Positions 1 through 13,349 are shown, numbered from the stretch's first letter. The stretch: DNA of 64,000 bases from Tubiluchus corallicola (GCA_030141605.1 JAQGDQ010000796.1:1-64000); one strand, 5' to 3'. The notes: a model not told the origin generated them from the letters alone. Program-made: numbers and translations.

Positions 1-226
1 ACGGTTGGGAATAACAAGAAGAGATAAAATTAGAAATAATAATATCAGAGGAACAGTAAAAGTAGTGGAAGCCTCGCAAGATTGCGATGGTATGGACACC
101 TGAAAAGAAGAGTCGGTGAAGATCATGTGGGAAGGGAAGACATAAATGAAGAGATGGTCAACAACAGGAATGCGTGGAGAAGACTCATTCACAACGGCGA
201 TCCCGAATAGGAAAAAGCTTGGAAGA
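1..226 (+). mobile_element. RTE-clade LINE, decayed 3' end (tail continues as (GAA)n at 627-652 beyond a nested insertion)
   Basis: Translates piecewise to RLGITRRDKIRNNNIRGTVKV, RLRWYGHLKRR and NRNAWRRLIH, typical of an RTE ORF C-terminus. A short tandem (GAA) tail follows the insertion. Confidence 0.7.
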
Positions 227-626
227 CCGAAAACCTTAATATAGCTGTCTTAGGAACTAATGATTTGTTGAAGTTGTTATTATTCAGAAAAGATGAATTT
301 AACTATGTTGCTAACTGTAAAATATTCCAATGTATTCGTGACTTTATATTACGTACTAAACGCATCCAGTTTCTATCTGATATAAAATGCATCATTCTTA
401 AATAATCGTACATTAATATTTACTAACCGTCATTTTCTACTAATGTCTAATGTATCACTGTAGTAAAACTTTAGTATAGTAAAGTATACTAAAAACTAAG
501 TATAGTCTATTCTTACTGTAAATGTTTTTGTAAATAGTGTATAAAGTCTGTTGTGGTGAGGATCCTAAACCATGTTGTACAAACTGTCTGACCCAATCCT
601 ATAATAAATTATGTTTAAACTAAACT
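227..626 (+). mobile_element. Non-LTR retrotransposon family A, 5'-truncated 3' end nested in the RTE tail
   Basis: Near-identical to 2660-3040. Ends in AATAAA plus (TAAAC)n. Flanked by AAAGCTTGGAAGA (214-226) and AAAGCTGGGAAGA (627-639), a probable TSD. Confidence 0.8.
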
Positions 627-1915
627 AAAGCTGGGAAGAAGAAGAAGAAGAATTAGTAGAACGTCACTGTCTCACCAACCCAGTGTGCTCTACCGGCTCA
701 CCACATTGTTCTTATTAACCAGAAAATACAATTTAAACTTTTGCTTTGTCGGCGTTTCGAACTTTAGGCAACTGCTGCCTAAACTTTTATTCTAACAACT
801 TGCCGTTAAAATGGCTGCGCCTAACAGTCATCGCGCTACTTTAAATTAACAGCGTTACACAAGTCCTGTATGCAATAAGACAGCATGTAAGTGATTTTAT
901 GAAAAATGTTTTCTTGTCCTTTAAACGAAAATCCAAGAGTTAATTCACTATTCTTTATTTTTCATGGCTTTTCTCGAGTTAAATTCTATAGACTTTTACT
1001 TGACATGTTAGTTATTTTCTAACGAAGAGCTAATCTAATAGACCCTCCAGGCACCAGCCCTCTTTCCTTCTCTCTCTCTATCCTCTACTTTAATTCCAGG
1101 CTAAACTAATATACAAACAATCTTAGCACATGTTTTGTGTCTACGACTTGATTAACTAATTGCAATTAGACGCTGCATTAAATCCAGGAGTGATGCTGAT
1201 AACTAGAGGCGGATGCATGCATCTTTGAATTGTATCCGCCCCCAATGCTGACGCTTTTTTCAGAAGTTTCGGGAGTTTTTCAGCTTAATGTCGCTTAGAT
1301 GCGATATTTAAGACATTTAATTTAATCTAATTTATATTAAACAGGTTTCCGAGGGCAGACTTAAGAGTGGTTACTGTTTATTTTTCATGACGCTCTTAGA
1401 TCCGCCACGCTTATAAGCTTCTTACAATAAGATTACCTCCATTGAAAAGAATCACCATCAAATTATGTTCTTTCTCTCTTCACCCTCCATACACGACTAT
1501 CATATTGTTTAGAATAATTCCCCAAATTTGACCTTAATTCCTAAAGGTGCAAAACTAATCAGGCGTGCGGTTTTATATCCCACCTCTCCAGCGAGATGTT
1601 TCACGCATTAATAAAGTAATAGCTTAATCAGGCGAGAGATTTGGTTAACCTCTCGTCAGAGATGTTGTGCGCACAATAAAGGTTGGGATCTAATAAAGTT
1701 AAGGCTGTAATCATTTTGGAAATTGGTTCGTCAAAGGCGGGAGCGCTAGTTTTCTGCGCATGCTCAGTAGGACTTTGTAATCTTATAGAATTACATTATG
1801 ATTAGAATGCATGTTATTATTATATAGATATTATAGATGTTTTACATTATTAATTGTACTAATTAACTTAATGTGATGGAAAAGGGAGTACATATAGAAG
1901 GTGTATATGCCCATA

Positions 1916-2229
1916 GGAATTCATTACCGACATCACTAAAACACAGCAGCTCTTTATCAATATTCAAGTCTAAATTAAAAGAACATTTAATGACTCGTTT
2001 TGAATATCCGACATACGAACACGATGATATTCACTCAAATCATAATTTCATTTTTCCTAGACCTTACTAAACTAGTTTATATTTTATTTTTGAATTTCTA
2101 GTTGCACTTATAGTTTAGCTTGCACGAGACGCATTTGCCCAGAACAGTGTATGTTTTTATATGAACTAACACTGATTGTCTGTCTTTTATTATGATGGAC
2201 AATGTTTTTAAAATGGCAAATAAAGATTT

Positions 2230-2313
<84 letters not shown>
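1916..2313 (+). mobile_element. LINE family B (CR1/L2-group-like) 3' end with (CTA)n tail
   Basis: Encodes NSLPTSLKHSSSLSIFKSKLK...FPRPY*, a CR1/L2-type ORF2 end. 3' UTR ends GGCAAATAAAGATT+(CTA)n. Other copies at 30.6-30.8 kb and 45.5-46.2 kb. Confidence 0.8.
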
Positions 2314-2496
2314 ATAGGCTGTACTATTTTTATGGTAACCAGCTTATGGGATTATCTAGTGTATCAATGCGCGGCACTGGAAAGATGCATCCGCCAACAG
2401 TGCCTTAGTTGTTACTTTATCAACTTTATCATTACCACGTATTACAATAATTATAAGATTGTAATTATTTACAGGATATTTTAAGCACCTTGTACT

Positions 2497-3040
2497 ACTT
2501 TTTCTCTAAAGGCTGTAAAGATAATAACGGTCATCCAATATTGCCGAATTGTAACTGTGGATTTCGATTTGAGTCTGTTGAACACTTTTTGTTGCACTGC
2601 CCATTGCATCAACTAGCTAGGGTTGCTGTGTTTGATAAATTAAATGAAATACTTCTGCCCGAAAACCTTAATATAGCTGCCTTGAATCTAGTGATCTGTT
2701 GAAGTTGTTATTATTCGGAAAAGATGAATTTAACTATGTTGCTAACTGTAAAATATTCCAATGCATTCATGACTTTATATTACGTACTAAACGCTTCCAG
2801 TAGTTTCTATCTGATATGAAATGCATCAGTCTTAAATATTCGTACATTAATTATTTCTAACCGTCATTTTCTACTAATGTCTAATGTAATCTTGTTGCAA
2901 AACTTGTCAGCTTGTGTAGTTATAGTCTATTCTTACTGTAAAGGTTTTTGTAAATAGTGTATACAGTTTGTTGTGGAGAGGATCCTAAATCATGTTGTTG
3001 AAACTGTCTGATCCAATCCTACAATAAATTATGTTTAAAC
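2497..3040 (+). mobile_element. Non-LTR retrotransposon family A 3' end (C-terminal CCHC zinc knuckle)
   Basis: Encodes CNCGFRFESVEHFLLHCP...LLFG...TKRFQ*. AATAAA near the end. 15-bp TSD TAAGCACCTT(G/A)TACT at 2482-2496 and 3041-3055. Confidence 0.85.
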
Positions 3041-3881
3041 TAAGCACCTTATACTGTAAAAAATTATTAAATGCATTCCTACAATTAGGAGAAATAGGTC
3101 TATCAAAAAACGCAGTCATCTTAATTTATAGATTTAAATCTAGTCCTTTTTTTGCCTGTTAAACACGAAATGATGTCGCGTTAGTCAGCATTTATAAAGC
3201 ATTTTATGGGTAGATTTAGCTGAAGTGTTTTTGACAATTTTAAAACTGATGAAATGTACTTAAACTTATGAAACGCAAACGTATTCATTTTAAATTTTTT
3301 GAAGTTTTCAGCAGTGGTAAGAATCTTGAAAAGTGTAGGTCTTGAAAGGCATACCATAGCAGACAGCCATAAGCTTTTACCAGAACATGTCTAGAATCAT
3401 AAAGTAATAATTTGTGTTTCAGTCTTCTTAAATCTAACTTTTTATTTTGTCTAAATAGTAACAACCTTTAGTACGTTCTTAAGCACTTTTTGTGATCTGT
3501 TATTTTAATAAATTGCAGGTCTATCGCGCAGTTCAATACTGATTTTTGCCGTTTCTTTGCCTGGACTGGGCGCATCCACAATTGATTTGAAGAAAAAATT
3601 GCCCAAAACCAAGTTTAAAGTTTTAAATAGAGAATTTTTATTATTATTTTCACTCTGGCCACCTAATATTTTCAAGTAACGCGTCCCTTTGTTGTGATCA
3701 AAGCAGAAATCTTTTCTCTCATGGGTGTTAGATTCTCAGCTTAAAAATCTATAAGTTTTATAAGATAACTCTTTACTCACAAGGATTATGCTGACAGTTG
3801 AGATCCATGTGACCAAGTCGACCTGCAGCAGTCGAAAACATCGGCGGGCAGTGAAAGCAAAACATGATGTAGTTGAGAAGT

Positions 3882-3897
3882 CCGCCACCAGGTGGCT
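3882..3897 (+). promoter_or_regulatory. CTCF-like motif
   Basis: CCGCCACCAGGTGGC resembles the CTCF core consensus; motif match only. Confidence 0.3.
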
Positions 3898-4047
3898 TAG
3901 CTAGGCTCCGACAGCTTTATTGAGTATGTGAAGACCTGTAAAAAAGCACAGGAATTACGTAAGAGCAGGGCTCAAAAAGTTTTATATTTTTTGTTTCGAA
4001 TAACAACTTTAAGAGCTAATAAGTTACTCTCTCATTGTTTAATACGA

Positions 4048-5045
4048 AATCTTGGTTACGCTGTTATTCCTTAGTACTAAGTCTTGTGTTATGCTGTCAT
4101 TGCTTAGTACTAAGTCTTGGCTACACTGTCATTGCTTAGTACTAAGTCTTGTGTTATGCTGTCATTGCTTAGTACTAAGTCTTGGCTACACTGTCATTGC
4201 TTATTACTAAGTCTTGGTTACGCTGTTATTGCTTAGTACTAAGTCTCCGTTACGCTGTCATTGCTTAGTACTAAGTCTTGGTTACGCTGTCATTGCTTAG
4301 TACTAAGTCTTGGTTACGCTGTCATTGCTTAGTACTAAGTCTTGGTTATGCTGTCATTGCTTAGTACTAAGTCTTGGCTACACTGTCATTGCTTAGTACT
4401 AAGTCTTGTGTTATGCTGTCATTGCTTAGTACTAAGTCTTGGCTACACTGTCATTGCTTATTACTAAGTCTTGGTTACGCTGTTATTCTTTAGTACTAAG
4501 TCTTGGTTACGCTGTTATTGCTTAGTACTAAGTCTTGGTTACGCTGTCATTGCTTAGTACTAAGTCTTGGTTACGCTGTCATTGCTTAGTACTAAGTCTT
4601 GGTTACGCTGTCATTGCTAAGTACTAAGTCTTGGTTACGCTGTCATTGTTAAGTACTAAGTCTTGGTTACGCTGTCACTGCTTAGTACTAAATCTTGGTT
4701 ACGCTGTCATTGCTTAGTACTAAGTCTCGGTTACACTGTCATTGTTTAGTACTAAGTCTTGGTCTCGCTATCATTGCTTTGTACTAAGTCTTTGTTACGC
4801 TGTCATTGCTTAGTACGAATTCTTAGTTACGCTGTTATTGCTTAGTACTAAGTCTTTGTTATGCTGTCATTGCTTAGTACTAAGTCTCGGTTACACTGTC
4901 ATTGCTTAGTACAAATTCTTAGTTACGCTGTCATTGCTTAGTACTAAGTCTTTGTTATGCTTTCATTGCTTAGTACGAATTCTTAGTTACGCTGTTATTG
5001 CTTAGTACTAAGTCTTTGTTATGCTGTCATTGCTTAGTATTAAGT
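4048..5045. repeat. Minisatellite, 32-bp unit, ~31 copies
   Basis: Unit TAAGTCTTGGTTACGCTGTCATTGCTTAGTAC, head to tail. The unit junction forms the palindrome CTTAGTACTAAG. Confidence 0.97.
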
Positions 5046-5788
5046 TTTGGTAACAATATTTGCTACTTGGAAGAATCATAATACTACCACAGTATTTAAA
5101 CCATGGTGTTTTCTGAGGGTTCTGAATAAACAGTTTCTGAAAAAGAGGCGAATGCAACATTTTCTCTCCATGTGGTAAAAGCATGGCAAATGATTCGTGA
5201 AGTATAATTACATACTGAATGTTCAGGTAGTTTAAATTTATGTAAACCAAGTCTGCAGTTAGAAAAATGTTCCGTGTTTTAGGCGTTTCAGGTGTTTCAG
5301 TTGTAAAAAAATTTTGCTGTTCAGTAACGTTGAAGCACAAAAAAACGTATACTTTCGTAAAGCTAAAAAATCATCTTGAAATTTTGTTTCGCCTACGTAC
5401 TGCATACTGAGCTTCAGGGATGAGAATGACAAATTGCAAAAAAATCTGAAACAGGCCGGGGTTTTGGGGCCACCTAGGCCCACAATGGGGTTCAAGGGAG
5501 CCCCTTTGGAGGCAGCAACAAATTGCAATTTTGTGACCATAGAGAGCCTTTAAGTGGACTTAGATTATCAATTACCTTGTTTCGTGCATAATTTAAAATA
5601 CCCAACTATCAAGGATACATGATACCTAATTGTCTCAAAAACGTCTAAGTACTGGCCGCTCCTATGCAAAAGTATATAAAAACTGTCTGCAATTGGCTCA
5701 AATAACTCCGCACAATTGATTCTATATTTTTATACATAGAGATATATACGTGGTTAAACTGATGTACGTGATGTAAACAAAGTGACGG

Positions 5789-5806
5789 CCTGCCACCTAG
5801 CGGTCA
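5789..5806 (-). promoter_or_regulatory. CTCF-like motif
   Basis: Reverse complement reads TGACCGCTAGGTGGCAGG, a close match to the CTCF core; motif match only. Confidence 0.35.
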
Positions 5807-6265
5807 GCTTGTGAAATAATGCACTGGGTCCGTAAACATTTTCTCAACGAATTTACGCGATTTACAAAAATGGCACTACTGGTCTTCCAAAAACTCGGAA
5901 TTCTACGTATCCGCGGAAAATTCTCATCCCTGGAGCTTGTGTCAGTAGTAACGCTGCATAGAACTTTTATATTTAAACTCTTACGATGAGTGTTAAGTGA
6001 GGCCATTTTAACGGTAAGTACTTTAAAGCAAGTTTAGATAACATGTAACATTGCGTAAAGTTCGAAAAAGATAATCAGAGCATTCCTAATACACCCTTCG
6101 CTAACTAAGAAAAGCATATGTTACTTTATCTTGTCATTAAATGTCTTTTGGTGAGTCAGTGGTGCACACTGGGAAGGTTAGTCAGTAAAGTTTCACCAGT
6201 TGGCACGAGTATTTTAAATTATCAATACTTTTCTTTTCCAGGTACATAAGTCTTTCAAACTACTA

Positions 6266-6503
6266 TACCCACGGCTATATTAATTAAATCATAGTTTTTT
6301 TTTTATATTTTTTTGTGTATAGTTGTAAATATGTTTGATTTTATTCGTCATTACTGCACAGTAGTTTAGATTGCGCTGACACATTTGCCTTCAGCAGTGT
6401 AAGTTTTTATTAACTAACACTGATTGATTATCTCTGTAAAGTTTTTATCAGTGATTATCAATGTTTTTAATGGCAAATAAAGATTATTATATATATATAT
6501 ATA
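6266..6503 (+). mobile_element. LINE family C 3' UTR with (TA)n tail
   Basis: Reverse complement of 37853-38105 and 49649-49893. Ends GGCAAATAAAGATTATT(AT)n. Confidence 0.8.
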
Positions 6504-7597
6504 AACAGCTAAGCTTAATGCTAAGTGATCGAACTTTGTATGGAAAGATTTTGGGATATGCATTAAAATTGTCCGGTCTTCCCTTTTAGATATTAATCGC
6601 GAGGATCTCCTTGTATCAAGGTGAATCAGCTTTATTTAGTTTACCTGTTGGTAAAACTTCTCAAACACTTTGTGCTACTTGTGAGGGCAAGTTGCCCGAC
6701 TATAAGTAAAGGGAAGTAAAGGGACAGACAGTAAAGGGAAGACATTCTGTTGTGCGGAGAAGAACACGCGATAAATTTTTAATCATTTTATTAAGCTGCG
6801 TTGTGCGAGATTTGGATGGCCACTAACTAGATTTTTAGCCAATCCTCTGAAGTTTATCTCATTAAGTGCGGACCTGTCACATGTAATTACTGGTTTGCAC
6901 GTGACTAAACTTGTTACAACTGCCCCGCACCGAGTGATTATTCCCACCACAAATAACCAGTCAACTGGAAAATCTCATTATTTTGCCCAAATTAGCGAAA
7001 CAAAATTAAAAACAGAGCAGGCGCCGGTCCCACGTGCACGTCACGTGGTAAACGATTGTGACAGTTTCATTGGATCTTGCAGAATATCCCATGACGCTTC
7101 GCGCGACGTCCCATGATGCTCTGCGCGAGGGCGACATTTTCATTACTAAACAAAGTTATTTATGATGTTATTGCATTACGTAATTGAATTACTTCTGATA
7201 TTATTTTGCAAACTTATTAGTCGAGAGACGTCATATCCAAGGGACCCAGAAGCTCCCCTTGTCTAACTTGATAATAAAAATCGCGTTTCAGCATTTTGCG
7301 GAATTGAATGCTTGTTATTTACAAACGACAGTCGTTTCTGTAATTCCCGGATATTTATTAACAGTTAAGGAGAGTAAGTGAGCCGGGAGATGGAGAGGAG
7401 GGGTGGGGACGGTAGGCGTGACAACTGCAATGGTTTGAGCTGTTTATAATATGCATCCACAGTAGGCAAAATTTTCACTTGGTGTGATATAATCACGCCA
7501 AAATAATCTTCTCGGAATTTTCAATGTTCGAGAAAAAGTTAGAAAGATTCGTTAAATTTTATTCTAAAGACATTTCATGATCGAATAGTGTCTCCGG

Positions 7598-7855
7598 TAA
7601 CCAGACGGTTTAGTCGAGCGGTAATGCGTCTGCTTTCCGTCTGGAAGGTCGCGAGTTCGAACCAGCAGCCGGGTAATACCAAAAATGGTACCTGCTGTTG
7701 CCCTGCCTGGCGCGTGGTATTTAGGGTAAAAGTGGGGTAATAATAGTCTCTGTTATGTAGTTGTGGGATGTTATTTACAGTCGGCGATAATAGGTCTTTG
7801 AGCTAATGTTAATTGTTGACCTAAAAGCCGACTTTAAATAAAGATTATTAATTAA
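7598..7855 (+). mobile_element. tRNA-derived SINE
   Basis: Pol III A box TAGTCGAGCGG and B box GAGTTCGAACC, followed by a non-tRNA body and an AATAAAGATTATTA tail. Confidence 0.7.
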
Positions 7856-8159
7856 TATTTTTACACCTGGACAATAAATTACAAAAAATTACAACTTTAT
7901 CAGTGAAATACATAAACACGAAAACATAAAACAAACAAACAAAATGCACAATCAGCAAATTGTAAAAAAACTCTGTAAGGATTATACAACAAACGTACTG
8001 GTTGTATTAATTAGTTTTTTCTATACCGTTTAATCTTTTCACTTTCAACGCCCCCTGTTCCACATCGGCTTAGGAAAAGCAGCGCACTGTCAATTTCAAC
8101 GAAAACTATTGTAAGTTATTACAAAAAATAGCTAATTTTGTGGTATTTCTGTATGAACA

Positions 8160-8380
8160 TTATTATTATTATTAATTATTAAAAATCTTTATTGAAAATT
8201 ATGCAATAAGCCCCCTATTTGCAGGGTACAAAAGTACAAAAATGTTAAATATAATCTCTGCACTATGTACATTAAATAAATTTCTTACTAAACAAGCTGA
8301 CAGTTTTGCATTACGATTTACTTATTCTAAATACATACCATGGTATCCAATAGTTATAATCAATGTATAATCAATTTACT
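8160..8380 (-). mobile_element. Dispersed repeat, probable retroelement 3' end (second copy ~11790-12000)
   Basis: Two similar copies. On the - strand they end in AATAAA plus (TAA)n. Confidence 0.55.
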
Positions 8381-8642
8381 CAGCTTAGAAAATAAAGACA
8401 TTCGAAACATTTGCAGAAAGAGAGACACTAATGTAATTAAAATGTACATAGATATTGTAAAAGAACTAACCCAAAATGATTTTATAGTAAATTGATTATA
8501 TGAACATTAGATAAACTGCACAAGTTTGTATGAGTTTTTGTACCGAAAGCCACGTTATGCTTGCAAAAATTGACGAAGTAATTCAGTTACATCATAACTT
8601 TCAAGTGATTGGCGACCACCACCGCGATCTAGAAGTTTCTAC

Positions 8643-9779
8643 ATGGCAAGAGTATAAATTAAGCATTAATTTAGAGAGAAAGCTGACGACAAAAGACTCG
8701 CTAGTGTGAACGCACCTTTAAAAATGGCAAGAGTATAAATTAAGCATTAATTTAGAGAGAAAACTGACGACAAAAGACTCGCTAGTGTGAACGCACCTTT
8801 AAAAATGGCAAGAGTATAAATTAAGCATTAATCTAGAGAGAAAACTGACGACAAAAAACTCGCTAGTGTGAACGCACCTTTAAAAATGGCGAGAGTATAA
8901 ATTTAGCATTAATTTAGAGAGAAAACTGACGACAAAAGACTCGCTAGTGTGAACGCACCTTTAAAAATGGCAAGAGTATAAATTAAGCATTAATTTAGAG
9001 AGAAAACTGACGACAAAAGACTCGCTAGTGTGAACGCACCTTTAAAAATGGCAAGAGTATAAATTAAGCATTAATTTAGAGAGAAAACTGACGACAAAAG
9101 ACTCGCTAGTATGAACGCACCTTTAAAATGGCAAGAGTATAAATTAAGCATTAATTTAGAGAGAAAACTGACGACAAAAAACTCGCTAGTGTGAACGCAC
9201 CTTTAAAAATGGCAAGAGTATAAATTAAGCATTAATTTAGAGAGAAAACTGACGACAAAAGACTCGCTAGTGTGAACGCACCTTTAAAAATGGCAAGAGT
9301 ATAAATTAAGCATTAATTTAGAGAGAAAACTGACGACAAAAGACTCGCTAGTGTGAACGCACCTTTAAAAAAGGCAAGAGTATAAATTAAGCATTAATTT
9401 AGAGAGAAAACTGACGACAAAAGACTCGCTAGTGTGAACACACCTTTAAAAATGGCAAGAGTATAAATTAAGCATTAATTTAGAGAGAAAACTGACGACA
9501 AAAGACTCGCTAGTGTGAACGCACCTTTAAAAATGGCAAGAGTATAAATTAAGCATTAATTTAGAGAGAAAACTGACGACAAAAAACTCGCTAGTGTGAA
9601 CGCACCTTTAAAAATGGCCAGAGTATAAATTTAGCATTAATTTAGAGAGAAAACTGACGACAAAAGACTCGCTAGTGTGAACGCACCTTTAAAAATGGCA
9701 AGAGTATAAATTAAGTATTAATTTAGAGAGAAAACTGACGACAAAAGACTCGCTAGTGTGAACGCACCTTTAAAAATGG
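8643..9779. repeat. Minisatellite/satellite, 81-bp unit, ~14 copies
   Basis: Unit ATGGCAAGAGTATAAATTAAGC...GTGTGAACGCACCTTTAAAA, highly homogeneous. Confidence 0.97.
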
Positions 9780-10409
9780 TGTTAATCATAGCTTTTCGAG
9801 CTTTTCTCGGAGTTTCAAGCGCTACCTGCTGTCACACACGGCAATTAATAATTCCATAAGTTAATCCTTGCCTATTATGATATTATCTGATCATTATATT
9901 CAGTTTTGCTGTTGTAGGGAGGTTATAATAGGCTTACCGGCGCAGCAGAGTAAGAGGATTTGTTTAAATATGATTATAGAGCAGTTATTAAGACGCGCAT
10001 TGAATAATTGATGGGTCGAGAGAGAAGAAGGTCCAACGGGAAGCAGCCACAGTAAGCAGTTTATGCACTTAATGGCTTCTCGTGACGTCACGTCCGGTTT
10101 TTTTGTACGCTGTCGGAATTATTATCGTTCGGTAGGTTTGCAGGTTAAAGCCTCTTTTGAAGAGGTATTATTGTAAAAAAGTTTGATCTAGCGGGTTAGT
10201 AGGGCAGCAAGGATAGTAGACTTTTTTATTGGCAGTAAGTGATAGTAATGTCGTCATCGCCGTCGTTAATGTCGTCATTATTATCAGCGTCATAGTGGTG
10301 GAGGCGGTGTCGTTGGTGGTCCTGCTCATCACCACCGTCATTGTCGTCAGAGTTGTTGCCATGGCGACAATTAAGCTGCTGAGTGGCCAGAGCACGTGGC
10401 GTCAGTATA

Positions 10410-11143
10410 GTTGCTGCTGTTGCTGTCGCTGCTGCCGTCACGATTTTGCCTGTCTGCATTGTTGCTGGTGTTGCTGCTGCTGCTGTTGTTGCTGTCGCTG
10501 CTGCCGTCACGATTTTGCCTGTCTGCATTGTTGCTGCTGCTGTTGTTGTTGCTGTCGCTGCTGCCGTCACGATTTTGCCTGTTTGCATTGTTGCTGCTGC
10601 TGTTGTTGTTGCTGTCGCTGCTACCGTCACGATTTTGCCTGTCTGCATTGTTGCTGGTGTTGCTGCTGCTGTTGTTGTTGCTGTCACTGCTGCCGTCACG
10701 ATTTTGCCTGTCTGCATTGTTGCTGGTGTTGCTGCTGCTGTTGTTGTTGCTGTCACTGCTGCCGTCACGATTTTGCCTGTCTGCATTGTTGCTGGTGTTG
10801 CTGCTGCTGCTGTTGTTGCTGTCACTGCTGTCGTCACGATTTTGCCTGTCTGCATTGTTGCTGGTGTTCCTGCTGCTGCTGTTGTTGCTGTCACTGCTGC
10901 CGTCACGACTTTGCCTGTCTGCATTGTTGCTGGTGTTGCTGCTGCTGCTGTTGTTGCTGTCGCTGCTGCCGTCACGACTTTGCCTGTCTGCATTGTTGCT
11001 GGTGTTGCTGCTGCTGTTGTTGTTGCTGCCACTGCTGCCGTCACGATTTTGCCTGTCTGCATTGTTGCTGGTGTTGCTGCTGCTGCTGTTGTTGCTGCCA
11101 CTGCTGCCGTCACGATTTTGCCTGTCTGCATTGTTGCTGGTGT
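10410..11143. repeat. GCT/GTT-rich minisatellite, 60-69-bp units, ~11 copies, stop-free in several frames
   Basis: Unit GCCGTCACGATTTTGCCTGTCTGCATTGTTGCTGGTGTT(GCT)n(GTT)n. Length variants are multiples of 3. Confidence 0.95.
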
Positions 11144-11227
11144 GATAGTAAAAATACTTTTAGCGAGTTTTAAATTCAAGCATTGAAATCAAACGCAGTT
11201 TTATTCGTAATACTGATATCATTACAT

Positions 11228-11600
11228 AAAAACAGCCTGAAGGCCTCACTCGAGGAGCTCAGCATGGATATCCGCTCTATGGAAACCCTTGCACAAGATC
11301 TCTCAGCATGGCGGAGTGCCATCACCACAGGGGCTAAGACAGCAGAGGCGAAAAGAATTGAGGAGGCAGAGGAGAAGCGCAGGAGATGCAAGGCATGTGA
11401 CACTGCCCAACAACAGGTCCAAACACCCAGCCTCACCTATGCCAAATGCCAAAGAAGTTTCCAGGCCAGAGTTGGCCTAGTCAGTCACCTTCGAGCTCAT
11501 CAAAGGAATGACAACCCCCCAAACTGACCCTTTATCCCTGTCACTATGGTCATTTTCGATTCGAAGAACGAACATAAATCAATCAATCAATCAATCGATC
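11228..11600 (+). mobile_element. RTE/BovB-like LINE 3' end
   Basis: Encodes SLKASL...ETLAQDLSAWRSAI...CQRSFQARVGLVSHLRAH (degenerate C2H2 finger), then a short UTR and (ATCA)n tail. Confidence 0.8.
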
Positions 11601-12054
11601 ACTGATATCATTTTAATATATTTGCCCATTGGGAATATATACTTAATAACCTTTTTACATACTAACTAACCAACTTACTAAGTCTCTGTTCTTTGTGTGA
11701 GTATTTATTTTATTTGTCTTAAAGACATATTTTTAATTGTGTTTTCTAACTGTGCTTTGTTTATTTTTCTATGGTACTTTTTATGTACTGATTATTAATT
11801 ATTATTAAAAATTTTTATTGAAAATTATACAAGAAGCCCTCTATTTGCAGGGCACAAAAGTATAAAAATGTTAAATATGTCTATACACTATGTACATTAA
11901 ATGAATTACTTACTAAACAAGCTGACAATTTTGCATTACGATTTACTTATTCTAAATATATATCCAATATTTATAATCAATGTATAATCAATTTACTATA
12001 AGATCATTTTGTGTTAGTTCTTTTACAATATCTATTTTACATATTAATGTCCAT

Positions 12055-12386
<332 letters not shown>

Positions 12387-12977
12387 GTAAATGTTTCAAA
12401 TGTCATTATTTTCTAAGCTGCGTTCGAGATTCACTCTTATATCTTGTCTAACCAATGCTAACGGACAGTGAAAAATTAAATGTTCTGCGGTTTGCCTGCA
12501 ATAAACGTAATGACTGCATATGTACCGAAATAAACGTAAAATAAAAACAAATAACAAACAGCCACGACAACGGCAACGGTCGTTAAACTAGAAAATTTGT
12601 CTGAACAATTTTCTTGTAACAACTTTTAATCGTTTTTTCCTTCACACACTTGTACGCCAATCATTTTCACATATTCAGCATTTTTGCAACTGTAGCTCGT
12701 TTAACAAATTCGCGCATGCGCACTTGCACTATTTTGCAATTAATCTAAAAGCTAGGCGACACTTTGTTTTATTCTTTTATTTCATAGCTTTCGATTAATT
12801 TCATTAAAACACCAGCCAGCAGTAAAATGGCGACTAATTTAATTTCCCAAATGCAGCTGTTGTATTCGCGTTATTCACAGTAATCGCCTTGATTTTTTTC
12901 TATATTTTTATTGTTTCTTTTTTCTGAATGTTCATAAATTTTTGACATCGAGTCTTTTATTAGTCTGTACTGCTGTG

Positions 12978-13198
12978 CAGGGCCTATTTCAGCGAGGCCG
13001 AGGGGGGAAGTGGGGCGTGTGAGGCTCCCTCGGGGGGGGGGGGGGTCGAAGCGCCGAAATTTTTTGAACTGCGTTTTCGAAGAGAAAATATGGAGTTATA
13101 CAGTTGTTAAAGGAAAGAACAATTGAAACAAAAACTGCTTTATTCTCACGACCAGTCCTTAATACTTGTCAATACTAGCAAACGGCGCGCGTGCGGCA

Positions 13199-13273
<75 letters not shown>

Positions 13274-13285
13274 GAGAGAGAGACC

Positions 13286-13325
<40 letters not shown>

Positions 13326-13349
13326 AGACAGACAGAGAGACAGACAGAC

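Noticed and set aside
7598-7680. tRNA gene
   Set aside because: A and B boxes are present, but I could not form an acceptor stem or cloverleaf, and the sequence continues into a SINE body and tail.
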